From Rhodospirillales bacterium (lineage in GTDB: Bacteria; Pseudomonadota; Alphaproteobacteria; Rhodospirillales; Casp-alpha2), in NCBI GenBank assembly GCA_017857825.1, contig JAFMCK010000001.1, positions 9,480 through 73,479 of the forward strand: DNA of 64,000 bases. Reading direction: 5' to 3'. A model generated the notes under the pieces. It was not told where the DNA came from. It saw only the letters and a list, made by a program, of their open reading frames with translations, and ran no database searches. Made by a program: the position numbers and the translations under genes. Of this stretch, positions 47,548-59,644 are shown in pieces (the stretch's first letter is position 1; each line of letters opens with the position of its first letter).

Positions 47548-48465
47548 CTAGTTTCGGTTTTCGGGCGCTGTGACATCACGGATGCCGTCGCCCAAAAGGT
47601 TGATCGAAAGGATAAGCACGAACAGCGCCACGCCCGGAATGCCGACCAGCCAAGGATCGAACAGAATGTGGTTTTTGCCTTCGGAGATCATCAGGCCCCA
47701 GCTCGGTGCGGGCGGCTGAACGCCGAGTCCCAAGAACGAAAGTGCGGCTTCAAGGATGATCGCGTGCGCCATCTCGACCGTGGCCACAACGATCAGATTG
47801 TTGACGATGTTGGGCATGATCTCGCTAAAGATGATACGCCACGTCGAGCAGCCGATGGCCTGTGCAGCGGCGACATAATCAAGGTTGCGCACTTGCTGCG
47901 TGGTGCTTCGCATGACCACGGCGAAACGGTCCCAGATCAACAACCCCAACACCCAGATCACGATCCAGAGTGAGTTGCCGACCAATGACACCACGGCGAG
48001 CGCGACCAACACGACCGGCAGCGACAAGCGGGTGGTGATGATAAAGTTGACGACCATGTCGACCTTGCCGCCGAAATAGCCGGCAGCCACGCCAAGCACG
48101 GTGCCGATAACACCGGAAATCAGCATGGCTGCAAAGCCGATCAACAACGAAATCTGCGAGCCGTGAATCAGCCGCGACAGATAATCGCGGCCAAATTGAT
48201 CGGTGCCCAGCGGGAATTCCCAGCTTGCTTTGGCGCTGTCATGCCAGATTGGCGGGATCATCTTGCGGGCCAATTGCTGATCATAGGGATCGTGCGGTGC
48301 GATCAGCGGGGCCAGCATTGCCATCGCAAAGATCGACAACAATACAATGCCACCGATTACAAAACCCATGTGGCTGAAGGCACGCTTTTTCAAACGTTGG
48401 CTCGGTGAAGGCTCGACGCCGTCACGGGGTGAGTCGCTCAAAACAATAGGAGTACCGTCGGCCAT
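47548..48465 (-). CDS. ABC peptide transporter permease (DppC/OppC type)
   Basis: Six TM segments and an EAA-type loop region 'AAQAIGCSTWRIIFSEIMPN'. Confidence 0.88.
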   Translation of the reverse strand: MADGTPIVLSDSPRDGVEPSPSQRLKKRAFSHMGFVIGGIVLLSIFAMAMLAPLIAPHDPYDQQLARKMIPPIWHDSAKASWEFPLGTDQFGRDYLSRLIHGSQISLLIGFAAMLISGVIGTVLGVAAGYFGGKVDMVVNFIITTRLSLPVVLVALAVVSLVGNSLWIVIWVLGLLIWDRFAVVMRSTTQQVRNLDYVAAAQAIGCSTWRIIFSEIMPNIVNNLIVVATVEMAHAIILEAALSFLGLGVQPPAPSWGLMISEGKNHILFDPWLVGIPGVALFVLILSINLLGDGIRDVTAPENRN

Positions 48466-48466
48466 A

Positions 48467-49384
48467 TCAACTCACCCGAATGCGTGGATCAAGGAACGCG
48501 TTTAACAAATCGGCCAAGAACGTCAGCACGATATAAAAACACGACAGTACCAAGACGATCGCCTGCATCATAGGCAGGTCAGCGCGCAGGATCGACTCCC
48601 ATGCCAACTGGCCGAGGCCGTTAATGGCGAAAATCGTCTCGATCACAATCGAGCCGCCGAGCATGAAGCCGAACTGAACCGCCGCCAGGCTGACCACCGG
48701 GATGATGGCGTTGCGCAGTGCGTGCTTAAACAGCACCACGCTTGGGCGGAGGCCCTTGGCGCGCGCGGTGCGGATATAATCGCTGGAGAGCACTTCGAGC
48801 ATGCCTGCGCGGGTCAGGCGCATCACGGCGGGCGTGATGTAATAGCCGAGCGCCACCGACGGCATGATAAAGTTCATCCAGGAATCGCTGCCGGTGATCG
48901 GCAGCCAGCGAAGCGTCACGCCGAACAAAATAATCATCATCAGCGCAAACCAAAAGCTCGGCAGCGCTTGGCCGATGACCGCAATCGTCAGCGCGATGCG
49001 ATCAATTAGTGTGTTCGGGCGCATCGCGGCCACAACCCCTAACGGGATCGACAGTGTCAGCGCGAAAGTCAGCGCACATGCGCCGAGTGTCATGGTGACC
49101 GGCAGACGCGTGAAAATTACCTCAGATACTTCTGTCTTCAAATAATGCGAGTGGCCTAGGTTGCCGGTCAGCGCATTTCCGAGCCAGGAAAAGTACTGCA
49201 CCATGATCGGCTGGTCATAGCCGTAAACCCGGCGGATATTCTCGATATCCGACTGTGACGCACTTTCGCCGGCCAGCGCCATCGCCGGGTCGCCAGACAA
49301 ATAAATCATCGAAAAGGTAATAAGCGAGACGGTCATGGCCACCAAAATGGCGACGCTCAATCGCTTCACGGCATAAATCAGCAT
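48467..49384 (-). CDS. ABC peptide transporter permease (DppB/OppB type)
   Basis: 'MLIYAVKRLSVAILVAMTVSLITF' and 'YIRTARAKGL' are typical of DppB/OppB. Confidence 0.88.
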   Translation of the reverse strand: MLIYAVKRLSVAILVAMTVSLITFSMIYLSGDPAMALAGESASQSDIENIRRVYGYDQPIMVQYFSWLGNALTGNLGHSHYLKTEVSEVIFTRLPVTMTLGACALTFALTLSIPLGVVAAMRPNTLIDRIALTIAVIGQALPSFWFALMMIILFGVTLRWLPITGSDSWMNFIMPSVALGYYITPAVMRLTRAGMLEVLSSDYIRTARAKGLRPSVVLFKHALRNAIIPVVSLAAVQFGFMLGGSIVIETIFAINGLGQLAWESILRADLPMMQAIVLVLSCFYIVLTFLADLLNAFLDPRIRVS

Positions 49385-49454
49385 GCCTCAAATATCCCGA
49401 AACAAGGGGCCGGTCGGTGCAGCAAAATGCTGCACCGACCGGACACCGTGACTG

Positions 49455-50993
49455 TTACTTCCATTTTGCCGTATAGAACCGCGGAATTTCGTCCGGGGTC
49501 GGCGTGAAGTCGACGTCTTCACCGTAGGCATAGTACTTGGCATACGTGAACATCGGCAGCCAATAGAGTTCCTCGGTAATGATATCGAGGGCTTCTTTGT
49601 ACTTCGCTTTGCGCTCGGCCTGGTCGACGGAACCATCGGCGACCTTCAGGGCTTCAATAACCTTCGGGTCTTTCGCGGGATCGTCACGACCACCAGAAAA
49701 GAAGTGGCTGGTGATAGCCGACGCATCAGGGATCGAGTTTGATCCCCAGGTCATGTGGTTCATCGGGGTCACGCCCTTCCAAACCAGATCGCGCAGCGCA
49801 CGGTACTGCATGAACTTGAGGTTGGCTTTGATGCCGACGTTGGCGAGATCGCCGATCACGGCTTCGGTGAACTCACGCTGACGATATGCGTAGATTTCGG
49901 TCTCGAACCCGTCAGGGAAGCCGGCTTCCTTCAAAAGCGCTTTGGCCTTTGCAGGATCGTATTCCCAGTTTTTGACGTCAGTGGCACAGCCGAACTGGTC
50001 CGGGTGACAGGCGGCATTGATGACCTCCGATGCGGAGCCGACGAGGTTTTCGACAATCGATTTCCGATTGATCGCGTGTGCGACGGCCATCCGGACTTTC
50101 TTGTCCATGAACTTTTTGTCGCCGCTGTCACCATCAACATCGAAAGCGATGTAGCTGACGCGCATGGTCTTGGCGTTGGTCACGGTGGTGCCGCCGCGTC
50201 CAGCCAGTTTTTCGGCTTGGTCCTTCGGCACGTCCCAGATCCAGTCCACGCCACCGGTCAGAAGCTCGGCGATTTGCGTGTTCATTTCTTTGATGGTGCG
50301 GAACGTTAGTTTGCCGATCTCAGCTGTACCTTTTGGGCCGTTTTTGAAGTAATTCTCGTTGCGAACCATTTCGATCTTTTCGCCCGGCACAACGTTGGTG
50401 ATCTTGTAGGGGCCGGTGCCGACCGGTTTCACAGCAGCAAAGTCTTTTTTGCCATCTGCGCCGTCGGGGGCGCTGTCATAATGGCCTTCGGGCATGATAA
50501 AGACCGCTTGCGCAAAGTACGCTAAGGCAGCCGGGAACGGCTCGTGCAAATAAATACGGACGCTGTTCGGGCCTGTTTTCTCGGCATCTTTCATCCAGCT
50601 GACGTTCTTAAACGTCAGTACGCCGTTTTCTTCTTTCGACGTGTGCTTGACGGTGTAGACCACGTCTTCCGGCCCAAACTTGGATCCGTCATGGAACACC
50701 ACATCATCACGCAGTTCGAAATCGATAGTGACGTTGTCGACCCATTTATAGGATGTTGCCAATAGAGGCACGAATTCGCCGCTCTTAAGGTCGCGGAACA
50801 GCAGACCGTCCCAAACCGTGTTGCCGATGATCACCAATTCACGTGTGTTGTTGTAGTACGGATCGGCGACCGCCGCCTCGCGGTTTGTCGACCATACCAG
50901 TTCGTCATTTGCTTTGCCGGCAATAGCGGCAGGTTGCACTGCCAAAGTTGCGGCTGCCGCGATGGCGGCACTCATTACGAATTTGCGGAACAT
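49455..50993 (-). CDS. Family-5 (peptide/nickel) ABC substrate-binding protein
   Basis: ATG 50993 behind GGGAGG gives a signal peptide 'MFRKFVMSAAIAAAATLAVQPAAIAG'. The body has the SBP_bac_5 pattern. The 83 extra residues of the track ORF overlap the divergent promoter region. Confidence 0.88.
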   Translation of the reverse strand: MFRKFVMSAAIAAAATLAVQPAAIAGKANDELVWSTNREAAVADPYYNNTRELVIIGNTVWDGLLFRDLKSGEFVPLLATSYKWVDNVTIDFELRDDVVFHDGSKFGPEDVVYTVKHTSKEENGVLTFKNVSWMKDAEKTGPNSVRIYLHEPFPAALAYFAQAVFIMPEGHYDSAPDGADGKKDFAAVKPVGTGPYKITNVVPGEKIEMVRNENYFKNGPKGTAEIGKLTFRTIKEMNTQIAELLTGGVDWIWDVPKDQAEKLAGRGGTTVTNAKTMRVSYIAFDVDGDSGDKKFMDKKVRMAVAHAINRKSIVENLVGSASEVINAACHPDQFGCATDVKNWEYDPAKAKALLKEAGFPDGFETEIYAYRQREFTEAVIGDLANVGIKANLKFMQYRALRDLVWKGVTPMNHMTWGSNSIPDASAITSHFFSGGRDDPAKDPKVIEALKVADGSVDQAERKAKYKEALDIITEELYWLPMFTYAKYYAYGEDVDFTPTPDEIPRFYTAKWK

Positions 50994-51198
50994 TTTGCTC
51001 ACGCCTCCCTGTTTTGTATTCGGCACTGTCTTTGCCATCGGTCTGGGCGCCAACTTGCCCCCCAGCAATCTTGATTGTTTTACGATTCTAATCAGATGTC
51101 CATGCCTGCGATGATAGATTGTTCTGAAAATCGCATTTGACTGGACGAGATCGCGTTGGCGTTCCACTCTGTTTTTGGCTGAATAATGGGGTATCGCA

Positions 51199-52692
51199 AT
51201 GGCATTTCGCGTTTTGACCGGGTTGTTTGGACACGAGAGCAACGCGTTTTCAAAATTACCAACACGCTTGGAAAATTTTTCGAATTATCTTTTGGCTTTT
51301 GGCGATGACGTCCCAGGCGCGATCAAAGGCGCTACTATTGAGCCGACGGGCGTTGAAGAAGCGGCCGAATATATGGACTGGGATTTGGTGCGCACGGTGG
51401 TTGCGTGGGCGACACCGTCAGGACCCGTTGCGCGGGATGCGTGGGACGTTGGAACCGCCGCGATATTAGATGCTGCCGCCAACCAAGGCCCGTTCGACGG
51501 CGTGCTGTTGAATCTTCACGGTGCTATGGCTTCCGTTGACCATGCCGATGCCGAAGGTGTGCTGTTGGCGGCACTGCGTGATGTGATTGGGCCGGATGTG
51601 CCGGTTGCGATCACCCTTGATTTGCATGCGAACGTCACCGATCAAATGACGCGCCATGCAGACATCATATGTGCCTATCAAACCTATCCGCACATCGATC
51701 AAGTCCAGACCTCCTGGCGGGCCGCCAAAGTTTTGGACCGTGCGATGCGAGGCGAGATAACGCCGTTTGCCGTCACCGCCCGACGTCCGACGATTGAAGG
51801 CTTGGATGACGGCCGCACCACCACCGACAACCCGATGACTAAGTTGCTGGCGCGCGCCGCCAAGCTTGAAGCCGACGATCCTGATGTGTTGCTGGTCAGT
51901 CTGCATGCCGGATTCACGCCTGCAGATTTGGCGGAAGCCGGCCCCTCAGTGTCGGTCACCGGGAACGGTAACGATCCCCGCTTCCAAGCAATTGCCGAGG
52001 ACTATATGGACTACGTCTGGGAGACCCGACATTTTGATTCCAACACGTATCTGAGTGTCGACGAGACAATGGCGCAGGTGCACGCGCTTTTGGCTGCGGG
52101 TAAAGGCCAGGGGCCGATAATTGTTGCCGATTTTTCTGACAATCCTGGTTCGGGCGCATACGGGGATTCAACATTCTTGCTGCAGGGGCTGCTCCGGGCG
52201 GACTTAGACAATGCATGTTTCGGCACGATATGCGATGCCGAAGCAGCGCAAACCTTGATGCAGGCAGGCGAGGGTGCGGAGATCACGCTGATGCTCGGCG
52301 GCAAAACCGATCCCACGTTCGGGCCGCCGATTGAAGTCACCGGCACGGTGGTGCGCGTTACCGACGGCACCTACGTAGCGCAGGGGCCCAGGTGGAAAGG
52401 TGTCACTCATCATTTGGGACCGACCGCGATTTTCAAAGCACACGGGGTCGAGATCGTGGTCGCATCAAATCGTCTGCAACTGACCGAGGTGGAAGCCTTT
52501 ACGCACGCCGGGATCGATCCGCGCCAGCGCGACGTCGTCGCGGTGAAATCGATGCAGCACTTTCGCGCCGCGTTTCAGCCGATGGCACGCGAGGTTCTGA
52601 TTTGCGATGCAGGTGCATTGTCGGGCAAAGACATCAGCAAACTACCGTTTACGCAATTGCGGCGCCCGATTTATCCGCTTGACCTTGATTAG
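51199..52692 (+). CDS. M81-family (MlrC-like) metallopeptidase, paralogue 2
   Basis: 'NLHGAMASV', 'LDLHANV' and 'YQTYPHID' are the same motifs as paralogue 1, but the sequence is strongly diverged. It is transcribed divergently from the transporter operon. Confidence 0.78.
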   Translation: MAFRVLTGLFGHESNAFSKLPTRLENFSNYLLAFGDDVPGAIKGATIEPTGVEEAAEYMDWDLVRTVVAWATPSGPVARDAWDVGTAAILDAAANQGPFDGVLLNLHGAMASVDHADAEGVLLAALRDVIGPDVPVAITLDLHANVTDQMTRHADIICAYQTYPHIDQVQTSWRAAKVLDRAMRGEITPFAVTARRPTIEGLDDGRTTTDNPMTKLLARAAKLEADDPDVLLVSLHAGFTPADLAEAGPSVSVTGNGNDPRFQAIAEDYMDYVWETRHFDSNTYLSVDETMAQVHALLAAGKGQGPIIVADFSDNPGSGAYGDSTFLLQGLLRADLDNACFGTICDAEAAQTLMQAGEGAEITLMLGGKTDPTFGPPIEVTGTVVRVTDGTYVAQGPRWKGVTHHLGPTAIFKAHGVEIVVASNRLQLTEVEAFTHAGIDPRQRDVVAVKSMQHFRAAFQPMAREVLICDAGALSGKDISKLPFTQLRRPIYPLDLD

Positions 52693-53636
52693 TCGGCAGC
52701 GGCGTTCGGGGTCGGCGTTGTCGGGCCGTGCGGGATGCGTTTTTTTGAGGATTCGCGATAGGTGATATAGACCGTGCTCAAGAAGATCACCGTGCCGCCA
52801 ACCCACGTCCACACGTCGGGGAATTCGCCGAATACCAAATATCCAACGCCTGCCGCCCAAAGCAGCCGGGTGTAATCGACTGGGGCAACAACAGTTGCAT
52901 CGGTGGTCTTCAACGCTTGCGCCATACACAAATGTCCGATGGTCGCCATGACGCCGATCACGATCATCCATCCGAATAATTCCCATGTTGGCCAGGCCCA
53001 AACAAACATCGCCGGAATCGCAGAGAAAATCGTGAAATACACATTGGCGTAGAACACCATGGTAACGGACGAGTCCGTGCGCGACAGGACCTTTACGCAA
53101 AGCAAGGCGGACGCCCAAAATACCGTGGATGCCAAGGCGACCAGTGCCCCCGGCCCGAACACTTCAGTGCCTGGTCGCACAATGATCAGAGTACCGCAAA
53201 AACCGACCAAAATCGCCGTCCAACGCCGGATACCAACTTTCTCGCCTAAAAACAACGAGGCACCGATGGTGATGAACAGCACCGTTACGAAGCTGATTGC
53301 CGTCGCGTCTGCGACCGGCAACATGCTTAAGCATGTGAACCAGCTCAATAATGCGCAGGTGCCGATCATGGCGCGGATCAATTGCAGTTTGGGCTGTTTA
53401 CTTTTCCAAAGCGCGCGGTTTTGGCGGAGTAAAAATGGCAGCAACATCGTAAAGCCGACGACATTCCGGAAGAATGCAATTTCGATCGGGTGCACATCTT
53501 TTGACACATCGCGGACCAACACATGCATCAATGCAATCACCATGGCCGCCAAAGCCATCAGCCCGACGCCCCGCAGCACTGCGGCGCGCGACGCCTCTGC
53601 TGACGGACTCAAAGAAGCATGCGGCGTTTCAACCAT
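52689..53636 (-). CDS. EamA/DMT-family transporter
   Basis: Ten predicted TM helices in two EamA-like halves. Confidence 0.8.
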   Translation of the reverse strand: MVETPHASLSPSAEASRAAVLRGVGLMALAAMVIALMHVLVRDVSKDVHPIEIAFFRNVVGFTMLLPFLLRQNRALWKSKQPKLQLIRAMIGTCALLSWFTCLSMLPVADATAISFVTVLFITIGASLFLGEKVGIRRWTAILVGFCGTLIIVRPGTEVFGPGALVALASTVFWASALLCVKVLSRTDSSVTMVFYANVYFTIFSAIPAMFVWAWPTWELFGWMIVIGVMATIGHLCMAQALKTTDATVVAPVDYTRLLWAAGVGYLVFGEFPDVWTWVGGTVIFLSTVYITYRESSKKRIPHGPTTPTPNAAAD

Positions 53637-53766
53637 GTTGTTGCTGTCCGAAAAAAATCTGATACCGTCTGCAGCGCGCGCGGGGTTCTTCGTGCATCAT
53701 ATATTCACCATGGGTGAGGCGCCGGGACCCGTCAATTCCAACGATATAACGCTTAAGGAACAACAG

Positions 53767-54744
53767 ATGATAAAATGTGGCATCGCCGGTTGCGGTAAAT
53801 GGGGTCAGGTTTTGATCGATTCTGTGCAGGGCATTTCGGATAAAGTCACCTTCACAGCCGGCGTCACTGGGCGCAAAGAGCGTGCCGCCGATTACTGCGC
53901 GGCCAAAGGCATTGATCTGCGCGATGACTTTCAAGAGTTACTGGACGACCCCGAGTTGGACGGCATCGTTTTGGCGACGCCGCACAGTCAGCATGCGGAA
54001 CAAGTGATGTTGGCTGCGGCGGCTGGTAAGCCTGTGTTCTGCGAAAAACCGTTTACGTTGGATGCTGATGATGCGCGCCGTGCCGTTGCTGCGATGGAGG
54101 GCGCGGGCCTGCCGTTGTGCATTGGCTTCAATCGCCGCTTTTTACCGGCCATGCGAAAACTTAAAGGTTTGGTACAGTCTGGTTCCCTCGGCACGATTAT
54201 TCATGCCGAAGGTAATATTTCCGGCAACGGCGCGCTTCGCTATGGGCCCGAGCACTGGCGCGCTTCGCGCGACGAAAGTCCGGCTGGTGGGATGACCGCG
54301 ATGGGCGTGCATATGATGGATTCGATGATTGGTATATTGGGGCGGGTCGAGCGTTTGCGCGCGGTCTCGGAACGTCATGCCGCACCGACCGATATTGACG
54401 ACACCACGTTTGCCAGCTTGAAATTCGAAAGTGGGGTGACCGGTGTGATGACGACGCTATTTGCAACGCGCCGATTATGGCGCGTGCAAGTGTTCGGTAC
54501 ACTTGGTTGGGCCGAGGTCCGTGACGAGACGATTCTCGAAGTCCGCATGATCGACGGTGACGAGGTCAGCGTCGAAGATTTTTCAGGCTTTGATATGGAA
54601 CGCGCTGAACTTGAGGCTTTTGCCGACACGCTAAGCGGAAACGTTCCGTATATCGTACCGAACGAAGATGTCGTTCATGGCATCGATATCCTTAATGCCA
54701 TTGAACGTGCCGCCGCTGAGGGCAGCGAAGTTGCGCTGCCCTAA
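53767..54744 (+). CDS. Gfo/Idh/MocA-family NAD(P)-dependent oxidoreductase
   Basis: 'MIKCGIAGCGKWGQ' Rossmann start and 'VFCEKPF'. ATG 53767 is behind AAGGAA. The part of the track ORF from 53059 to 53766 is antisense to the EamA gene. Confidence 0.85.
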   Translation: MIKCGIAGCGKWGQVLIDSVQGISDKVTFTAGVTGRKERAADYCAAKGIDLRDDFQELLDDPELDGIVLATPHSQHAEQVMLAAAAGKPVFCEKPFTLDADDARRAVAAMEGAGLPLCIGFNRRFLPAMRKLKGLVQSGSLGTIIHAEGNISGNGALRYGPEHWRASRDESPAGGMTAMGVHMMDSMIGILGRVERLRAVSERHAAPTDIDDTTFASLKFESGVTGVMTTLFATRRLWRVQVFGTLGWAEVRDETILEVRMIDGDEVSVEDFSGFDMERAELEAFADTLSGNVPYIVPNEDVVHGIDILNAIERAAAEGSEVALP

Positions 54745-54771
54745 GACGGTTCATAAGCCGGTTTAGGCGCG

Positions 54772-54969
54772 TTACTCGCCCTTTGAGGCCGCGATTTTCT
54801 TGTCGGTGTCGTACTGGCTTAGTGCGTACACCGACCAGATCGCGGCGGGGATCCAGCCAATCAATGACAATTGTAAGATCAGGCAGATGATTCCCTGAAT
54901 CGGCTTACCGATGGTGAAAAAGTTTAGCCACGGAATCAAAAGCGCGAGAATTAAACGCAACATAGTCAA
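54772..54969 (-). CDS. Small two-TM membrane protein, YqaE/Pmp3-like
   Basis: 65 aa. 'ILALLIPWLNFF...GIICLILQLSLIGWIPAAIWSVYAL' resembles the Pmp3/YqaE pattern (..LPPLGV...LLTLLGYIPG.IHA..V). The call is tentative. Confidence 0.45.
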   Translation of the reverse strand: MTMLRLILALLIPWLNFFTIGKPIQGIICLILQLSLIGWIPAAIWSVYALSQYDTDKKIAASKGE

Positions 54970-55071
54970 CTTCGTCTATTGTTAAGGTGCGAGCTTATAC
55001 GCCGCGTCACCGATAAGATATAAACGTTCCACGATTGTCGGGCGCGCTGCAAGTGTATAAAACCCCGCATC

Positions 55072-57278
<2,207 letters not shown>

Positions 57279-57314
57279 CTTCCTCTCAAGATTTCGATAC
57301 CGTAGGATATTTTT

Positions 57315-57779
57315 ATGTCAGATCAGACCCACGAGACCTTGACCCAACTGGGCGCCGCCAGCGAGCTGCCGGATAGCCCCGAGGCGGCGACGCTTGAATG
57401 TGTGCCGAACCCGCATCCGGGCACGCGTTATCTGGTCCGCTTTGTCGCACCCGAGTTTACCTCGTTGTGTCCGGTCACCGGGCAGCCGGATTTTGCGCAT
57501 CTGGTGATCGACTACATTCCAGAAGATCGTATCGTCGAAAGCAAATCGCTGAAGCTTTACCTGGGGAGTTTCCGCAATCATCCGGGCTTTCACGAACGCT
57601 GCACCATCGACGTTGCGCAGAAAATCATCCAGGCGACGAGCCCGCATTGGCTGCGTATCGGCGGCTATTGGTATCCGCGCGGCGGTATTCCGATTGACGT
57701 GTTTTATCAGACCAGCGAGCCGCCGAAGGGTGTGTGGATTCCCGACCAGGGCGTGCAGCCGTATCGGGGGCGCGGTTAG
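57315..57779 (+). CDS. queF: NADPH-dependent 7-cyano-7-deazaguanine (preQ0) reductase, unimodular type
   Basis: '[15 protein letters not shown]' (catalytic Cys) and '[14 protein letters not shown]' (QueF motif). Confidence 0.92.
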   Translation: MSDQTHETLTQLGAASELPDSPEAATLECVPNPHPGTRYLVRFVAPEFTSLCPVTGQPDFAHLVIDYIPEDRIVESKSLKLYLGSFRNHPGFHERCTIDVAQKIIQATSPHWLRIGGYWYPRGGIPIDVFYQTSEPPKGVWIPDQGVQPYRGRG

Positions 57780-57839
57780 CGTCATTTAAAGATCCGGAAA
57801 CGCTTAGTGTGATCCGGGACCTTAGAGTGATGCCGCCGG

Positions 57840-58196
57840 TCAATCGCCCCGGTAGGTGCACCCAGCGGTGCAGGTTTCCCATAATTTCACTTCGGACAAG
57901 CCGGGCAGGGCAGGCTTTAGCTCGGCCCAAATCCATTTCGCAATGTTTTCCGATGTGGGGTTTCCCAGGCCTTTGATGTCATTCAGATAATAATGATCTA
58001 AGCGCTGATAAATCGGCTGAAAGGCCGCTTTGATGTCGGCGAAATCGATTACCCAGCCGGTGTGCGGATCGACATCACCTTCAACGGCCAAGCGGACGCG
58101 GAAGCTGTGTCCGTGCAGTCGGCGGCACTTATGACCTTCGGGCGTATTCGGCAAATCATGCGCCGCCTCGAAGGTGAATTCTTTGAAGATTTCCAT
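57840..58196 (-). CDS. queD: 6-carboxy-5,6,7,8-tetrahydropterin synthase
   Basis: 118 aa with 'FTFEAAH', '[11 protein letters not shown]' and 'ETCTAGC'. Confidence 0.92.
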   Translation of the reverse strand: MEIFKEFTFEAAHDLPNTPEGHKCRRLHGHSFRVRLAVEGDVDPHTGWVIDFADIKAAFQPIYQRLDHYYLNDIKGLGNPTSENIAKWIWAELKPALPGLSEVKLWETCTAGCTYRGD

Positions 58197-58218
58197 ATCG
58201 TCCGTTCTCTTGTTTCTG

Positions 58219-58854
58219 TTAAGGGATGCCCAGCACTTTGTGGGTTTGCAGGCTCAGTCGCCAAGCCGGATGGGATTTGCAATACGCGATGCAGGCCTGG
58301 GTGTTGGCCTCAGCGTCCGGTCCGTCCAGCGGTTGCAGCGAAAAACATGAAAACGCGAGGCCTTCAAACATCTCCGGCCGCGCTTTGTGCTGTGGATAGA
58401 CAAGCTTTAGCTCGTGCCCCGTGGTTTGCTTCAGTGGCGCGTCCGCTTTCGGGCTAACGCACAGCCAATCGATGCCGCCGGGGGCTTCGACCGTACCGTT
58501 CGTTTCAACGGCGATTTCGAAACCGGCACCGTGAAGGGCGTCAATCAGGGTGACATCGACTTGCAGCAACGGCTCGCCGCCCGTAAGTACAGTAAATTTC
58601 GGCCCGACGTGGTCGTCAGGCCACGCCGCAGCAGCGGCTTCAGCGAGTGCGTCGGCATCGGCAAACTTGCCGCCGCCCGGCCCATCGGTGCCGACAAAGT
58701 CGGTGTCGCAGAAGTCACAGACGGCATTTGCGCGGTCTTGTTCCCGGCCGCTCCATAAATTGCAGCCGGCAAAACGCACAAACACCGCCGGTCTTCCGGC
58801 GTGGCGTCCTTCGCCCTGAAGGGTGTAGAAAATTTCTTTGACTGCATATGTCAT
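58219..58854 (-). CDS. queE: 7-carboxy-7-deazaguanine synthase (radical SAM)
   Basis: '[10 protein letters not shown]' and the cluster motif 'RFAGCNLW-x-CDFCDT' (Cx14CxxC variant). ATG 58854 gives the family-typical start 'MTYAVKEIF'. Confidence 0.9.
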   Translation of the reverse strand: MTYAVKEIFYTLQGEGRHAGRPAVFVRFAGCNLWSGREQDRANAVCDFCDTDFVGTDGPGGGKFADADALAEAAAAAWPDDHVGPKFTVLTGGEPLLQVDVTLIDALHGAGFEIAVETNGTVEAPGGIDWLCVSPKADAPLKQTTGHELKLVYPQHKARPEMFEGLAFSCFSLQPLDGPDAEANTQACIAYCKSHPAWRLSLQTHKVLGIP

Positions 58855-58942
58855 GGCGCGGGTTTTACGCCGAACCGGCGGCTGCATCAATGATGTCGTC
58901 TTCTATGTCGTTATGCGAGGCGTCGTGGGTGAGCGTTGCGCG

Positions 58943-59644
58943 CTAAGCTATGTCTGAAAAAATATCGTGGGCAGGGACCGATTTCAGTTTCAGCATGGAC
59001 CGGCAGGCGGCGACCATCGCGGGCGGGCCGGCGAGGTAGCATTGGTGTCCGTACAAAAATGGGAAATCAGCGGCCACGGCGTCACCCACCAGACCCGAGC
59101 GGCGACCTGAATTTTCTGTCGGCTCGGCAATCACGGTGATGAAGCGAAAGTTTGAATGCGCATGCGTGAGCTTGATGAAATAGCGTTCGAGATAGAGGTC
59201 ACGCTCGGTTTGCACCCCCACATATAAATGCACGTCGCGATTAAGGTCGCTCTGCAAAGCGGCCTCGACGACCGCTTTCATCGGTGCCAAGCCGGTGCCG
59301 CCGGCAATTGCCAGAAGCGGTCCGCCGTGCTGTGCACGAAAATATGCGGCACCGAAGGGGCCTTCGACGTGTAAGGTGTCGCCGATGTTGAGCTGCGTGC
59401 AGATATGATCCGAAAGGCCACCGGCGCCTGACCGGCGCACGTGGACTTCGAGGGCGCCGTCACCGGGCGGATTCGCGATGGAATAATGTCTGGAATCAAA
59501 ATCACCAAGACCCAGGCAGACATACTGTCCGGCCCGCCATGCATACGGTGTATTGCCAAGGGCACGCAGGCTGAGCACGCGCACCTCGTTGGTAACGTCT
59601 TCGATGCTGTCGATTTTGAACGGTGTCGGTGTGTTGTTGGTCAT
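58943..59644 (-). CDS. FNR-superfamily flavin reductase (Fre-like, FAD/NAD(P)-binding)
   Basis: 233 aa with 'RHYSIAN' (RxYS flavin motif) and 'IAGGTGLAPMKA' (NAD(P)H site). There is no ferredoxin domain. Confidence 0.8.
   Translation of the reverse strand: MTNNTPTPFKIDSIEDVTNEVRVLSLRALGNTPYAWRAGQYVCLGLGDFDSRHYSIANPPGDGALEVHVRRSGAGGLSDHICTQLNIGDTLHVEGPFGAAYFRAQHGGPLLAIAGGTGLAPMKAVVEAALQSDLNRDVHLYVGVQTERDLYLERYFIKLTHAHSNFRFITVIAEPTENSGRRSGLVGDAVAADFPFLYGHQCYLAGPPAMVAACRSMLKLKSVPAHDIFSDIA

Noticed and set aside
53059-53766. 5' part of the 561-aa track ORF 53059..54744
   Set aside because: This part is antisense to the EamA transporter gene and has no motifs. The Gfo/Idh/MocA Rossmann N-terminus 'MIKCGIAGCG' starts at ATG 53767 behind AAGGAA, so only 53767..54744 is called.
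57780-58942. preQ1 riboswitch near queF, queD or queE
   Set aside because: The spacers (57780-57839, 58197-58218, 58855-58942) contain no short hairpin followed by an A-rich tail with the conserved preQ1-I/II core. Only weak 5-6-bp stems were seen.
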